Of a stretch of DNA of 55,056 nt, positions 28,644 through 36,618 are shown piece by piece. Numbering within the stretch: position 1 is the stretch's first letter; every line of letters starts with the position of its first letter. The notes under the pieces are model-generated. The model made no database searches, was not told the origin of the DNA, and worked only from the letters and a program-made list of their open reading frames with translations. This DNA is from a virus: positions 1 to 55,056 of IMG/VR virus record IMGVR_UViG_3300030319_000065; one strand, given 5' to 3'. A program made the translations under genes and the position numbers.

Positions 28644-29495
28644 ATGGCAATTTATAGAAATGTTCAGTTGTCATTTTGGACTGACAATAAGGTTGAAGAT
28701 GAATTTACACCGGAAGATAAATACTTTTACCTGTACTTATTGACAAATCCGCAAACTAACATATGTGGTTGTTATGAAGTTAGTTACAGTCAAATGACAA
28801 GACATACTGGTTACAATAAGGAAACTATTCAGAAACTTCTCGAAAGATTTGATAAAGTCCATCATGTTTTGAAATTCAATAGTGAGACAAAGGAAATACT
28901 GATATTGCATTGGTATAAATACAATTGGAGCAAGTCAGATAAAGTGATGATAGGTATTGAAAGTGTAGCAAAACACATCAAAAGCAAAGAGCTTAGAGAT
29001 TATGTCTATGCAATTATGGAAATGGTAAAAAAAGGTGATTCGGAGATACCCTATAAATACTCTATGGTGACATCTGATTCTGATACTGATTCTGATACTG
29101 ATTCTGATACTGATTCTGATACTGATTCTGATACTGTTAATAAAAGAAATAAATATAAAGATTTATTAAATAAATTACTTTTAGAAGTAAATATATCTGA
29201 CTATCTTTTAGAAGCAGTAAACAACTGGATTGGTTACAAGGAAGAGAGAAATTTTAAATACAAAGAGAGGGGCCTTCGGACACTTTTAAAAACAATATCG
29301 GATAAGTCGAGTCAGTTTGGTGATGAAGCTGTTACAAACGTTATTAACGAAAGTATATCGAATGGTTATCAGGGTATTGTCTGGGATAAGTTGAAAAATG
29401 GAAACAAAAAATCATCATGGAAAAAAGATTCGAGAGAAGAACAATTTGACAACCTTATGGAGCAGATAAGGAGGGATGCGAAAAATGACAATTAA
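28644..29495 (+). CDS. Replisome organizer / replication initiator-like protein (DnaD-type N-terminal domain)
   Basis: N-terminus MAIYRNVQLSFWTDNKV..FTPEDKYFYLYLLTNPQTNICGCYE. Contains a (DSDT)5 repeat. Upstream of a helicase-loader-like gene. Confidence 0.6.
   Translation: MAIYRNVQLSFWTDNKVEDEFTPEDKYFYLYLLTNPQTNICGCYEVSYSQMTRHTGYNKETIQKLLERFDKVHHVLKFNSETKEILILHWYKYNWSKSDKVMIGIESVAKHIKSKELRDYVYAIMEMVKKGDSEIPYKYSMVTSDSDTDSDTDSDTDSDTDSDTVNKRNKYKDLLNKLLLEVNISDYLLEAVNNWIGYKEERNFKYKERGLRTLLKTISDKSSQFGDEAVTNVINESISNGYQGIVWDKLKNGNKKSSWKKDSREEQFDNLMEQIRRDAKNDN
29076..29135 (+). repeat. Perfect tandem repeat, 5 x 12 bp (GATTCTGATACT), inside the replisome organizer gene
   Basis: Read directly. Encodes (DSDT)5. 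Confidence 0.95.
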
Positions 29496-30162
29496 AGATG
29501 CCAGAAAGTTGATAGCGGTATTCATGGTGACTTATCCAAACTATAAGCCAATTGATACAGAACTGGCAGCAGCTACTTGGGCAGATGCTATGTCAGAGTA
29601 CACATACGAACAAGTTAGCGTTGCATTGAAGATGTATTTGAAAACAAGTACAAGTGGATTTGCTCCGACACCTGGACAACTGATTGAGAAAATTCAAGTC
29701 GTTACTCAGCCGGAACTACTTTCGGAAACAGAAGCTTGGGCGATCGTAAGAAGTTCTCTTAGCAGATGCGGTTATTACTCAGTGGAAGAATTTGAGAAGT
29801 TTCCACCAATTATTCAGAAAGCAGTTGGATCACCATCTCAATTGCGAGTATGGGCACTGGATCAAGATTACAACGAGGGAGTTGTTTCGGCACAGTTCGG
29901 AAGAGTATACAGAACACTGGCAGAAAAGCAGAAAGATTTCGACAAAATGCCATCTAATATCCAACACAGAATTGAGGATGTGAACAAAACCTCGTATTCG
30001 GCCTTATTACGCTTTAAAAATGAAAAGGCTATAGTTTGTATGGGTGACGGTGGAAAATCGGAAATATGGGAAGATATGAACGCCACAGAGGCATCTGATA
30101 TGGCACTGGACATTGCAGATAAACTTAAAAGCGCAAAACAGAAATTGAAAGAGGGAAGATAA
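29485..30162 (+). CDS. G39P-like replicative helicase loader
   Basis: ATG 10 nt after GGAGG. LIAVFMVTYPNYKP...AATWADAMSEYTYEQVSVALKMYL...FAPTPGQLIEKI resembles SPP1 G39P. Confidence 0.5.
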   Translation: MTIKDARKLIAVFMVTYPNYKPIDTELAAATWADAMSEYTYEQVSVALKMYLKTSTSGFAPTPGQLIEKIQVVTQPELLSETEAWAIVRSSLSRCGYYSVEEFEKFPPIIQKAVGSPSQLRVWALDQDYNEGVVSAQFGRVYRTLAEKQKDFDKMPSNIQHRIEDVNKTSYSALLRFKNEKAIVCMGDGGKSEIWEDMNATEASDMALDIADKLKSAKQKLKEGR

Positions 30163-30369
30163 ATGATACAGGCATCATGCAAGAACTGTGAAGAACGTTA
30201 TATCGGATGCCATGATAAATGTGAGCGGTATATAAAATTTAGAGCACAAAGAACGGAAGATAACGAGAAGAAAAAGAAGTATGCGGAATCTATGGGTAGG
30301 AACAAAATTCATGTGCATAGAGTCAACGTCAGAGTTGAGAACAGTCCTCTGAAGAGCCACAAAAAGTAG
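30163..30369 (+). CDS. Cys/His-rich small protein, paralog A; precedes methyltransferase 1
   Basis: Motifs CKNCEERYIGCHDKCERY...RVENSPLKSHKK. Paralog of 32420..32629. Confidence 0.65.
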   Translation: MIQASCKNCEERYIGCHDKCERYIKFRAQRTEDNEKKKKYAESMGRNKIHVHRVNVRVENSPLKSHKK

Positions 30370-30383
30370 AAAGGAGTAAATGT

Positions 30384-31316
30384 ATGAAATTAGTAAAAGC
30401 GGAAGTCCAAAAACGCGGTATTAAGCAGACGAAAAACTTGATTGCTCCGAGAAGAAAAATGCAGACAAAGAAAATAAAATGTGAAATCTTTCGAGATTCA
30501 ATGCAGAACTATAAAAAGTATGCAATTCCACCGGCACAGTTAATTATTGCCGATGTACCGTATAATGTCGGAAATAATTTTTATGGCAGTAATCCGATGT
30601 GGTACAAGGGAGGAGATAACAAGAACGGAGAAAGCAAACTTGCTGGAAAGGCAGCATTTAATTCGGACTTCAATTTCAACCTATACGAATATTTCCATTT
30701 CTGTTCAAAAATGCTTAAGAAAGAACCAAAGAAAGCCGGAAAAAGAGGTAGAAGTTCAGACGCACCATGCATGATTGTGTTCTGCTCATTTGAACAATTA
30801 AGTACATTGATCAATGCTGCAAAGAAACACGGATTCAATAATTACATACCATTGGTATTCGTGAAAAATTACAGTCCACAGGTATTAAAAGCCAATATGA
30901 GAGTTGTAGGTGCCACGGAATATGCGCTGGTACTGTACAGAGACAAGTTGCCGAAGTTTCGCAATGGAGCGCAGTTTGACGAAAACGGAAAGACGATTCG
31001 AGGGACGGGACATATGGTGTTTAACTGGTTTAAGTGGGAGAAAGACGGAAAAGAGATACCGAAAATACATCCGGCACAGAAGCCAGTGAGAGTATTGGAA
31101 CAGTTAATTCAGATTTTTACGGATCCTGGGGATGTGGTAATTGATCCGTGTTGTGGTTCTGGAAGTACGTTAAGAGCTGCAAAAAATCTCGGAAGAAGCG
31201 CATTTGGATTTGAGATTGACAGGAATTTCTACAACAGGGCGAAGAATGAAATGCTTGTAGTTGAGGATGAAGTGCAGATGAGCCTGAAAGATTTCCCGGA
31301 GGTGCTGCCAGAATGA
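30384..31316 (+). CDS. DNA methyltransferase, beta-class N6-adenine/N4-cytosine type
   Basis: Motif IV IIADVPYNVG lies upstream of motif I VIDPCCGSGST. Confidence 0.75.
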   Translation: MKLVKAEVQKRGIKQTKNLIAPRRKMQTKKIKCEIFRDSMQNYKKYAIPPAQLIIADVPYNVGNNFYGSNPMWYKGGDNKNGESKLAGKAAFNSDFNFNLYEYFHFCSKMLKKEPKKAGKRGRSSDAPCMIVFCSFEQLSTLINAAKKHGFNNYIPLVFVKNYSPQVLKANMRVVGATEYALVLYRDKLPKFRNGAQFDENGKTIRGTGHMVFNWFKWEKDGKEIPKIHPAQKPVRVLEQLIQIFTDPGDVVIDPCCGSGSTLRAAKNLGRSAFGFEIDRNFYNRAKNEMLVVEDEVQMSLKDFPEVLPE

Positions 31317-31516
31317 AAATAGAATTAAAAGAGATAGACAGATATTCTCTGAAAGTCGGAAATGTCGTGGGAGTGGCAATGTTTAAAGAAATATATAAAT
31401 TCATATCCAGAGTGCACTACAGGATAAAGTTCATGCCAGAAAAAGATTTTAATGAGATTTTATCCAGGTGCGACTGGGAGCAAAAGATTTATGCATTGTT
31501 TTTTAGATATTGGTAA
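31313..31516 (+). CDS. 67-aa hypothetical protein, paralog of 34941..35168
   Basis: ATGA overlap with the methyltransferase gene. Its 3' two-thirds lie in the 147-bp repeat. Confidence 0.55.
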   Translation: MKIELKEIDRYSLKVGNVVGVAMFKEIYKFISRVHYRIKFMPEKDFNEILSRCDWEQKIYALFFRYW

Positions 31517-31519
31517 ATA
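31373..31519 (+). repeat. 147-bp direct repeat, copy 1
   Basis: Aligned by hand to 35025..35171 with 6 mismatches and no indels. Confidence 0.9.
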
Positions 31520-31533
31520 CAGAAGGAGGTAAC

Positions 31534-32413
31534 ATGGACTTAGAACAAAAAGCGATTCAAAGGTTGTATGCTGCATCGGAAATGAGCTTACATCATTATG
31601 GGAAACCGTTGATATGCACTTATTCTGGCGGTAAAGATTCTGACGTAATGTTGGAATTATTTAAACGTTCAGGTGTTCCGTTTGAAGTTTTGAATAATCA
31701 TACGACGGCTGATGCACCACAGACAGTATGGCATATAAGAAAAGTATTCAAAAAATGTGAAGATGATGGTATTGAATGCAAAATTGAATATCCGTATGTG
31801 AACGGAGAATTTATGAGTATGTGGAAATTGTCCCATGTAAATTAATGCCACCAACCAGAAAAGTAAGATATTGTTGCGAAATATTAAAAGAACGAGGGGG
31901 GGCAACAGATTCGTTGCGACTGGTGTCAGATGGGATGAAAGCACTGCAAGAAATTCTCGTGGCGAGTATGAAAGAATTGGGCATACAAAAAATGAAGCAG
32001 TGAATTTTTCGACAATTATGCTTATGAATGATAACGATGCGAAAAGAAGAATGAATGAATTTTGCATGAAAAATCACAAGATGGTTGTCAATCCAATTAT
32101 TGACTGGAAACATTCTGACATCTGGGAATTTATAAATTCGGAGAAGGTTGAAACGTGCGAATTATATTAATGCGGATATGATCGAGTTGGTTGCATCGGT
32201 TGTCAGATGGCTGGGAAAAGGCGGTATAAAGAGTTTGCGGATTTTCCTAAGTACAGAGAACTATATATTCGAACATTTGACAGAATGATAGAAGAACGAA
32301 AAAGGAGAAAACTATCATGTCAATGGGAGTGTGGAGAAGAAGTGTTTTCCTGGTGGATGGAAGACAAGAATGTTAAAGGTCAAATGGAATTGTCGGAATT
32401 TATACAATACTGA
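31534..32413 (+). pseudogene. PAPS reductase-family (phosphoadenosine phosphosulfate reductase-like) gene disrupted by two frameshifts and one in-frame TAA
   Basis: Family motifs YSGGKDS, PPTRKVRYCC..LKERGG, TGVRWDES and GYDRVGCIGC are spread over three frames. Breaks occur at the A-run 31825-27, the G7 run 31896-31902 and TAA 32168-70. Confidence 0.7.
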
Positions 32414-32419
32414 GGTGAG

Positions 32420-32629
32420 ATGATGGATAAATGCACTTGTAAAGATTGTGGAGACAGATACTTAGGATGTCACGATCAATGTGAAAAGTACAGGATGTTC
32501 AAAGTTAATAGAAAAGCGGAGAACGAGAAGAAAAGAGAATATAGAGATGCTATGGATAGACGGAAGATTCATGTCGCACGGGCAAGCGGAAGAGTTGAAA
32601 ACAGTCCGTTGCGAAGTCATAAGAAGTGA
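32420..32629 (+). CDS. Cys/His-rich small protein, paralog B; precedes methyltransferase-like gene 2
   Basis: Motifs CKDCGDRYLGCHDQCEKY...RVENSPLRSHKK. Confidence 0.65.
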   Translation: MMDKCTCKDCGDRYLGCHDQCEKYRMFKVNRKAENEKKREYRDAMDRRKIHVARASGRVENSPLRSHKK

Positions 32630-32638
32630 GGTGGTTGA

Positions 32639-33346
32639 GTGATAGTACATTGCTTATTTGAGCAGTCTGGAACGTTTAAAAATGCCTTTAGAAAATACGG
32701 AGTAGAAGCATATGACTATGATATCCAGAATGAATTTGGTCAGACCGACTATCAGGTTGACTTGTTTAAAGAGATTGAGGGGGGGTATCTGAATAAACCT
32801 AGTCTGTTCGACAAGATAAAAGAGGATGATAAAATCATTGCATTTTTCCCGTGTACAAGGTTTGAAGCAAAAATACCATTAAATTTTCGTGGACAGGCAT
32901 ATCAACAGAAAAATTGGTCAGATATTCAGAAACTAAAATATAGCATAAAACTTCACAAGGAACTGGATTATTTGTACGAAAAAATCAGTCAATTATGTGT
33001 TGTGTGTTTGAGAAAAAATATTCAGATAGTGATTGAAAATCCTTATACTCAACCACACTATCTGACAACATACTGGTGTTTAAAGCCGACTCTGATTGAC
33101 AAGGACAGAATGAGGGATGGGGATTTTTACAAAAAGCCTACACAATACTGGTTTTTGAATTGTAAGCCAAAAGAAAATTTGGTATTTGAGCCGATTGAAT
33201 ATATAGAGAGAAAAACTATTGGAAAAGTACGGGGAACAGAAAATACATCAAGACAGACAGAAAGAAGCATGATCCATCCACAATATGCAGATCGTTTTAT
33301 CAGGAAATACATTTTGGATGAAGAAATATGGAGGGATAAAGTATGA
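32639..33346 (+). CDS. Compact C5-cytosine-methyltransferase-like protein; divergent, with no obvious target-recognition domain
   Basis: GTG start after GAGGTGG. CLFEQSGTF is motif-I-like, AFFPCTRFE is PC-motif-like and VIENPYT is ENV-like. Only 235 aa. Confidence 0.4.
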   Translation: MIVHCLFEQSGTFKNAFRKYGVEAYDYDIQNEFGQTDYQVDLFKEIEGGYLNKPSLFDKIKEDDKIIAFFPCTRFEAKIPLNFRGQAYQQKNWSDIQKLKYSIKLHKELDYLYEKISQLCVVCLRKNIQIVIENPYTQPHYLTTYWCLKPTLIDKDRMRDGDFYKKPTQYWFLNCKPKENLVFEPIEYIERKTIGKVRGTENTSRQTERSMIHPQYADRFIRKYILDEEIWRDKV

Positions 33347-33594
33347 GATTAGTGAAATGTGAAGTTCCTAAAGATTACAAAAGAACTAAGAATCTGGAAT
33401 TACTGGAAGAATTTATTCAGTCTGGCGAAAAGTGCGTAAGGATTGATGGATGGGAAGAACAGTATTGCAACAAAACATCCTTACAGTCTAGCATATGCGC
33501 TGCTATCAAAAGATTTAATCTTACACAATTGAAATGCATTGTTAGAGGTGATGAAGTTTTCTTGATAAATACATTGTTAGAAAGTGAGGAATAA
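33343..33594 (+). CDS. Hypothetical protein
   Basis: 83 aa with ATGA coupling. Confidence 0.5.
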   Translation: MRLVKCEVPKDYKRTKNLELLEEFIQSGEKCVRIDGWEEQYCNKTSLQSSICAAIKRFNLTQLKCIVRGDEVFLINTLLESEE

Positions 33595-33595
33595 C

Positions 33596-33757
33596 GTGAC
33601 AGAAAAGGAAGCATTGAAAAAGCAGATACCGGAAAAAGTAAAGGTTTTATTGGTTGGAAATATAAATTATTACAAATGCCCTGAATGTGGTGAGATTTCC
33701 GGTGTAAATGCAAAGTATTGTTCATGTTGTGGACAAAAATTAGAGTGGGAGAACTGA
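33596..33757 (+). CDS. 53-aa zinc-ribbon protein
   Basis: GTG start 5 nt after GAGGA. Motifs CPECGE and CSCCGQ. Confidence 0.4.
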   Translation: MTEKEALKKQIPEKVKVLLVGNINYYKCPECGEISGVNAKYCSCCGQKLEWEN

Positions 33758-33759
33758 AA

Positions 33760-34213
33760 ATGAAGAATAAAGAAAAGTATGCAAAAGAGATTATTGATAT
33801 TGCGTGTGATGGTCGTGATGTCGCAGTGTGCAAATCTACTGGAAAGCCAATTGATTGTGTCGATATAGTGTGTAGTAAATGTTCATTTGCTGTTGGAAGT
33901 TGTACGGAATTAAGAAAAGAATGGGCAGAATCAGAGTATATTAAAAAGACAGTGATTAGTAAGAGAGATAGATCGTTTCTGGATTACATCAATAACAAGT
34001 TTGTATATGTTGCAAGAGATAAGAGTGGAAGTTTGTTTACAGCAAGAAACCAATAAAAAAGACACGTTACTATGATAGCATTTGTGGAGTAACAGGAAGT
34101 GTTAGTTTTATTTTCAATATTAAACTACCAATGGTCAAATGGGAAGATAATGAACCGTGGCTGATCGAAAATTTGAAGAAATTGGAGGTGTGCGAAGAAT
34201 ATGAGATTGATTG
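33760..34213 (+). pseudogene. Hypothetical gene apparently split by a -1 frame change near 34030-34040
   Basis: Frame 1 ends ...YVARDKSGSLFTARNQ* at 34056. Frame 3 is open 34023-34213 and reads ...FVYSKKPIKK...LPMVKWEDNEPWLIENL, which looks like the natural continuation. Confidence 0.45.
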
Positions 34214-34509
34214 ATGCGGATGAGTTAATAAAAAAGTTCAGACGGTCAGAAACCAATACTGAAAATGAAAATCACATGTGTTTGGTAGCGAGGAGAATGA
34301 TTAAAGAAGAGCCGACAGCCTTTGATGTTGATGAGATTGTAGAACGCATCGAAGACATCAAGAGAAACGAATACGGAGCATGTTCCGAAGAAGAATGCGG
34401 ATATTGTAAATATTTTCGCGAATGTTGGGATGGAGAAATGGGAGGTTTTCTTGCACTGGACAAAGTGATAGAGATTATAAAAGGCGGTGTAGCAGATGAG
34501 AAGTTATAA
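34201..34509 (+). CDS. Hypothetical protein with an MRLIDAD N-terminus; N-terminal paralog of 36264..36614
   Basis: 102-aa ORF. Confidence 0.5.
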   Translation: MRLIDADELIKKFRRSETNTENENHMCLVARRMIKEEPTAFDVDEIVERIEDIKRNEYGACSEEECGYCKYFRECWDGEMGGFLALDKVIEIIKGGVADEKL

Positions 34510-34594
34510 CATAGAGCTGCCGAGAGGTGTGTTTGTAGATGTTTTCAATCTACCGGATGAATTTAGTGAGAAGAAATGGAAAGAGGAACAGTAA

Positions 34595-34777
34595 ATGGGA
34601 TGCAAGAATTATTGCTTCTACGGAATGAAAGAGTGCTGCCTGGAATGTCAGATAAAAGATAAATGTAACATACAGTGTGAAGATGTTGCCAGCTACGAAT
34701 ATGCGGAAGAGTGCCAGGATTATGTAAAGGAGGATGAGGATGAAGGACAAGCGAACATGAAGATCGCAGAACCATAA
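34595..34777 (+). CDS. 60-aa Cys-rich acidic protein
   Basis: ORF with 8 Cys residues in the first 30 aa. Confidence 0.4.
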   Translation: MGCKNYCFYGMKECCLECQIKDKCNIQCEDVASYEYAEECQDYVKEDEDEGQANMKIAEP

Positions 34778-34788
34778 TTGGAGAACTG

Positions 34789-34944
34789 GTGGAGCAAGGC
34801 TACCAGAACAAGGAGATCGCAGAGAAGACTGGTATCCCTGTTGGAACGGTTGGGACTTACGCAGCCATGTTCCGGAAAGAATGCGGATCGGCATCTGTGT
34901 ATGAAAAGGGAGCAAGGTTGAAGATGAAGGAGTGGAACGAATGA
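34789..34944 (+). CDS. Small HTH protein (LuxR / sigma region-4-like); start unresolved
   Basis: GYQNKEIAEKTGIPVGTVGTY. The frame is open from 34744 with no ATG. The call begins at GTG 34789, 5 nt after GGAG. Confidence 0.35.
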   Translation: MEQGYQNKEIAEKTGIPVGTVGTYAAMFRKECGSASVYEKGARLKMKEWNE

Positions 34945-35168
34945 GCAGAATGATTAGTGTGAAAGAATTGGTATATGGACTGTCAGCAGACTATTGTGAT
35001 CGAGATTTTGGAGAAATACAAGAAGTAGCAATGTTTAAAGAAATATATAAATTCATATCCAGATTGCACTACGGGATAAAGTTCATGCCAGAAAAAGATT
35101 TTAATGAGCTTTTATCAAGGTGTGACTGGGAGCAAAAGATTTATGCATTGTTTTTTAGATATTGGTAA
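34941..35168 (+). CDS. 75-aa hypothetical protein, paralog of 31313..31516
   Basis: ATG 8 nt after AAGGAG. The C-terminal 46 aa are nearly identical to the paralog. Confidence 0.55.
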   Translation: MSRMISVKELVYGLSADYCDRDFGEIQEVAMFKEIYKFISRLHYGIKFMPEKDFNELLSRCDWEQKIYALFFRYW

Positions 35169-35171
35169 ATA
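35025..35171 (+). repeat. 147-bp direct repeat, copy 2
   Basis: See 31373..31519. Confidence 0.9.
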
Positions 35172-35264
35172 AAGACTTGGGATATTGGATCAAGTTGGTT
35201 GATGCAGAAGTTGTAGGCAACATATTTGATAATCCCGAACTGTTAGAAGAGGAGGGGAATTAAT

Positions 35265-35744
35265 ATGGCGAAGATATTTAAAATTAGCGGATATATTGTG
35301 ACGGAAAATGAGTATTACGATAAAGAATCAATGGAAAATTTTATTTTCAACGGATATTGTGGACTTTTTCCACGTCATGCACACGTTGAAGAAGCAGAAG
35401 TATCTGATTGGAGTGAAAGAAATCCACTGTTAGATAAAAATTGTGATCTGGCAGATTGTGAAAAGTATTTTCCGAACAAATATCCTGTAGAAACTGATCG
35501 GAAAGTTGAAATCGGAAAAGTATATAAGCATTTCAAAGGAAACACAGTCAAAGTGCTTGCTATTAGTCAAGACACGGAATCACCGGGACAGTTTTATGTG
35601 GTGTATGAATATACAGACGGATCTATCTGGTGCAGACCATACGGGATGTTCGTGAGTGAGGTTGACCGGAAGAAATATCCAGATGCAAAACAGAAATACA
35701 GGTTTGAGTTGATAAAAGGTGAAGCAAATGAAAGCAAAAACTAA
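35265..35744 (+). CDS. DUF1653-like protein
   Basis: YKHFKGNTVKVLAISQDTESPGQFYVVYEY..GSIWCRPYGMF...RFELI. Confidence 0.55.
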   Translation: MAKIFKISGYIVTENEYYDKESMENFIFNGYCGLFPRHAHVEEAEVSDWSERNPLLDKNCDLADCEKYFPNKYPVETDRKVEIGKVYKHFKGNTVKVLAISQDTESPGQFYVVYEYTDGSIWCRPYGMFVSEVDRKKYPDAKQKYRFELIKGEANESKN

Positions 35745-35934
35745 AACATACGTAATGTACTGGATCACAACGTTTGTTGGTGATGCAGAGGTTTTGATTC
35801 ATTGTTTTCCCCAACAGAAATGGGATGTAGTTGAACAGGGCACAAATCATGTTAGAGTATCAAGAAAAAATATAACTTTTATGATGCCAAGAGAGGAATT
35901 TGAGAAACAATGGAAGGTGGTGGGGCAAAAGTGA
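35728..35934 (+). CDS. Hypothetical protein
   Basis: ORF. ATG 8 nt after AAAAGG. Confidence 0.45.
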   Translation: MKAKTKTYVMYWITTFVGDAEVLIHCFPQQKWDVVEQGTNHVRVSRKNITFMMPREEFEKQWKVVGQK

Positions 35935-36263
35935 GAAATAAAGATAGATGTTTGCTTGAAATGGATGTAATAAAAGCAATAGACAAGCATACAAGAGAAG
36001 ACGGAACACTGGACGATGATATATCTTGCATCTTGGAAGAAGTAGAATCTGTTGATGCTAAGGACACAAATGTCCCTAGCAAATGGATTCCATGCAGCGA
36101 GAGGTTGCCAGAGAATGAAATGAATGTAATAGCACAATTTTCAAGTGGTACGGTAACAGAATTAAGATATGCAGGAAATGGCATTTTTGAAGGAATTTAT
36201 GAGTATTCAACAAAAGTAATTATTGCCTGGATGCCATTACCAGAGCCGTACAAAGGAGAGTGA
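35931..36263 (+). CDS. DUF551-like protein
   Basis: GTGA overlap start. KWIPCSERLPE...AWMPLPEPY. Confidence 0.5.
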   Translation: MRNKDRCLLEMDVIKAIDKHTREDGTLDDDISCILEEVESVDAKDTNVPSKWIPCSERLPENEMNVIAQFSSGTVTELRYAGNGIFEGIYEYSTKVIIAWMPLPEPYKGE

Positions 36264-36614
36264 ATGATGAGACTAATTGATGCGGATAAAATCACAAGAA
36301 AAAGGATATGTAGTTATCTGGGAGCAGACTATGCATCATGTGTGGACGATGTGGTTGATTTGTTGAACGATCAGCCGGAAGTATACGGAAATGGAGAGAT
36401 ATGTGAATGGAGATACTTATCTTGTTTTGAGAGCAATTCAAGGTTCAAGGTGCAATGTAATCATAATCCATTGAAAAATGGGATTGTGCCGAATAACTTT
36501 TCTTATCACGATTTTAAGTATTGTCCATTTTGCGGCAGGAAAATTGCTTGGATGCCACTGCCGGAACCGTTCCGAGAAGTAACTGACGAAGAGAATTTGG
36601 AATCAAGGAGGTAG
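36264..36614 (+). CDS. Hypothetical protein with an RLIDAD N-terminus and an AWMPLPEPF C-terminal motif
   Basis: 116-aa ORF. Confidence 0.5.
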   Translation: MMRLIDADKITRKRICSYLGADYASCVDDVVDLLNDQPEVYGNGEICEWRYLSCFESNSRFKVQCNHNPLKNGIVPNNFSYHDFKYCPFCGRKIAWMPLPEPFREVTDEENLESRR

Positions 36615-36618
36615 AAAA

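Noticed and set aside
29076-29135. The tandem repeat as a CRISPR-like array.
   Set aside because: Units are contiguous 12-mers without spacers, and they lie in frame inside a protein-coding gene.
32168-32170. The in-frame TAA as evidence of stop-codon reassignment, as in some gut phages.
   Set aside because: It is the only such case I found, and the same gene also carries two frameshifts. TAA, TAG and TGA all terminate well-formed ORFs elsewhere, and neither confident tRNA has a suppressor anticodon.
35931-36614. The AWMPLPEP(Y/F) endings of two adjacent genes as a DNA-level repeat or recombination site.
   Set aside because: The nucleotide sequences differ at many synonymous positions, so this is protein-level conservation of a DUF551-type C-terminus in tandem paralogs.
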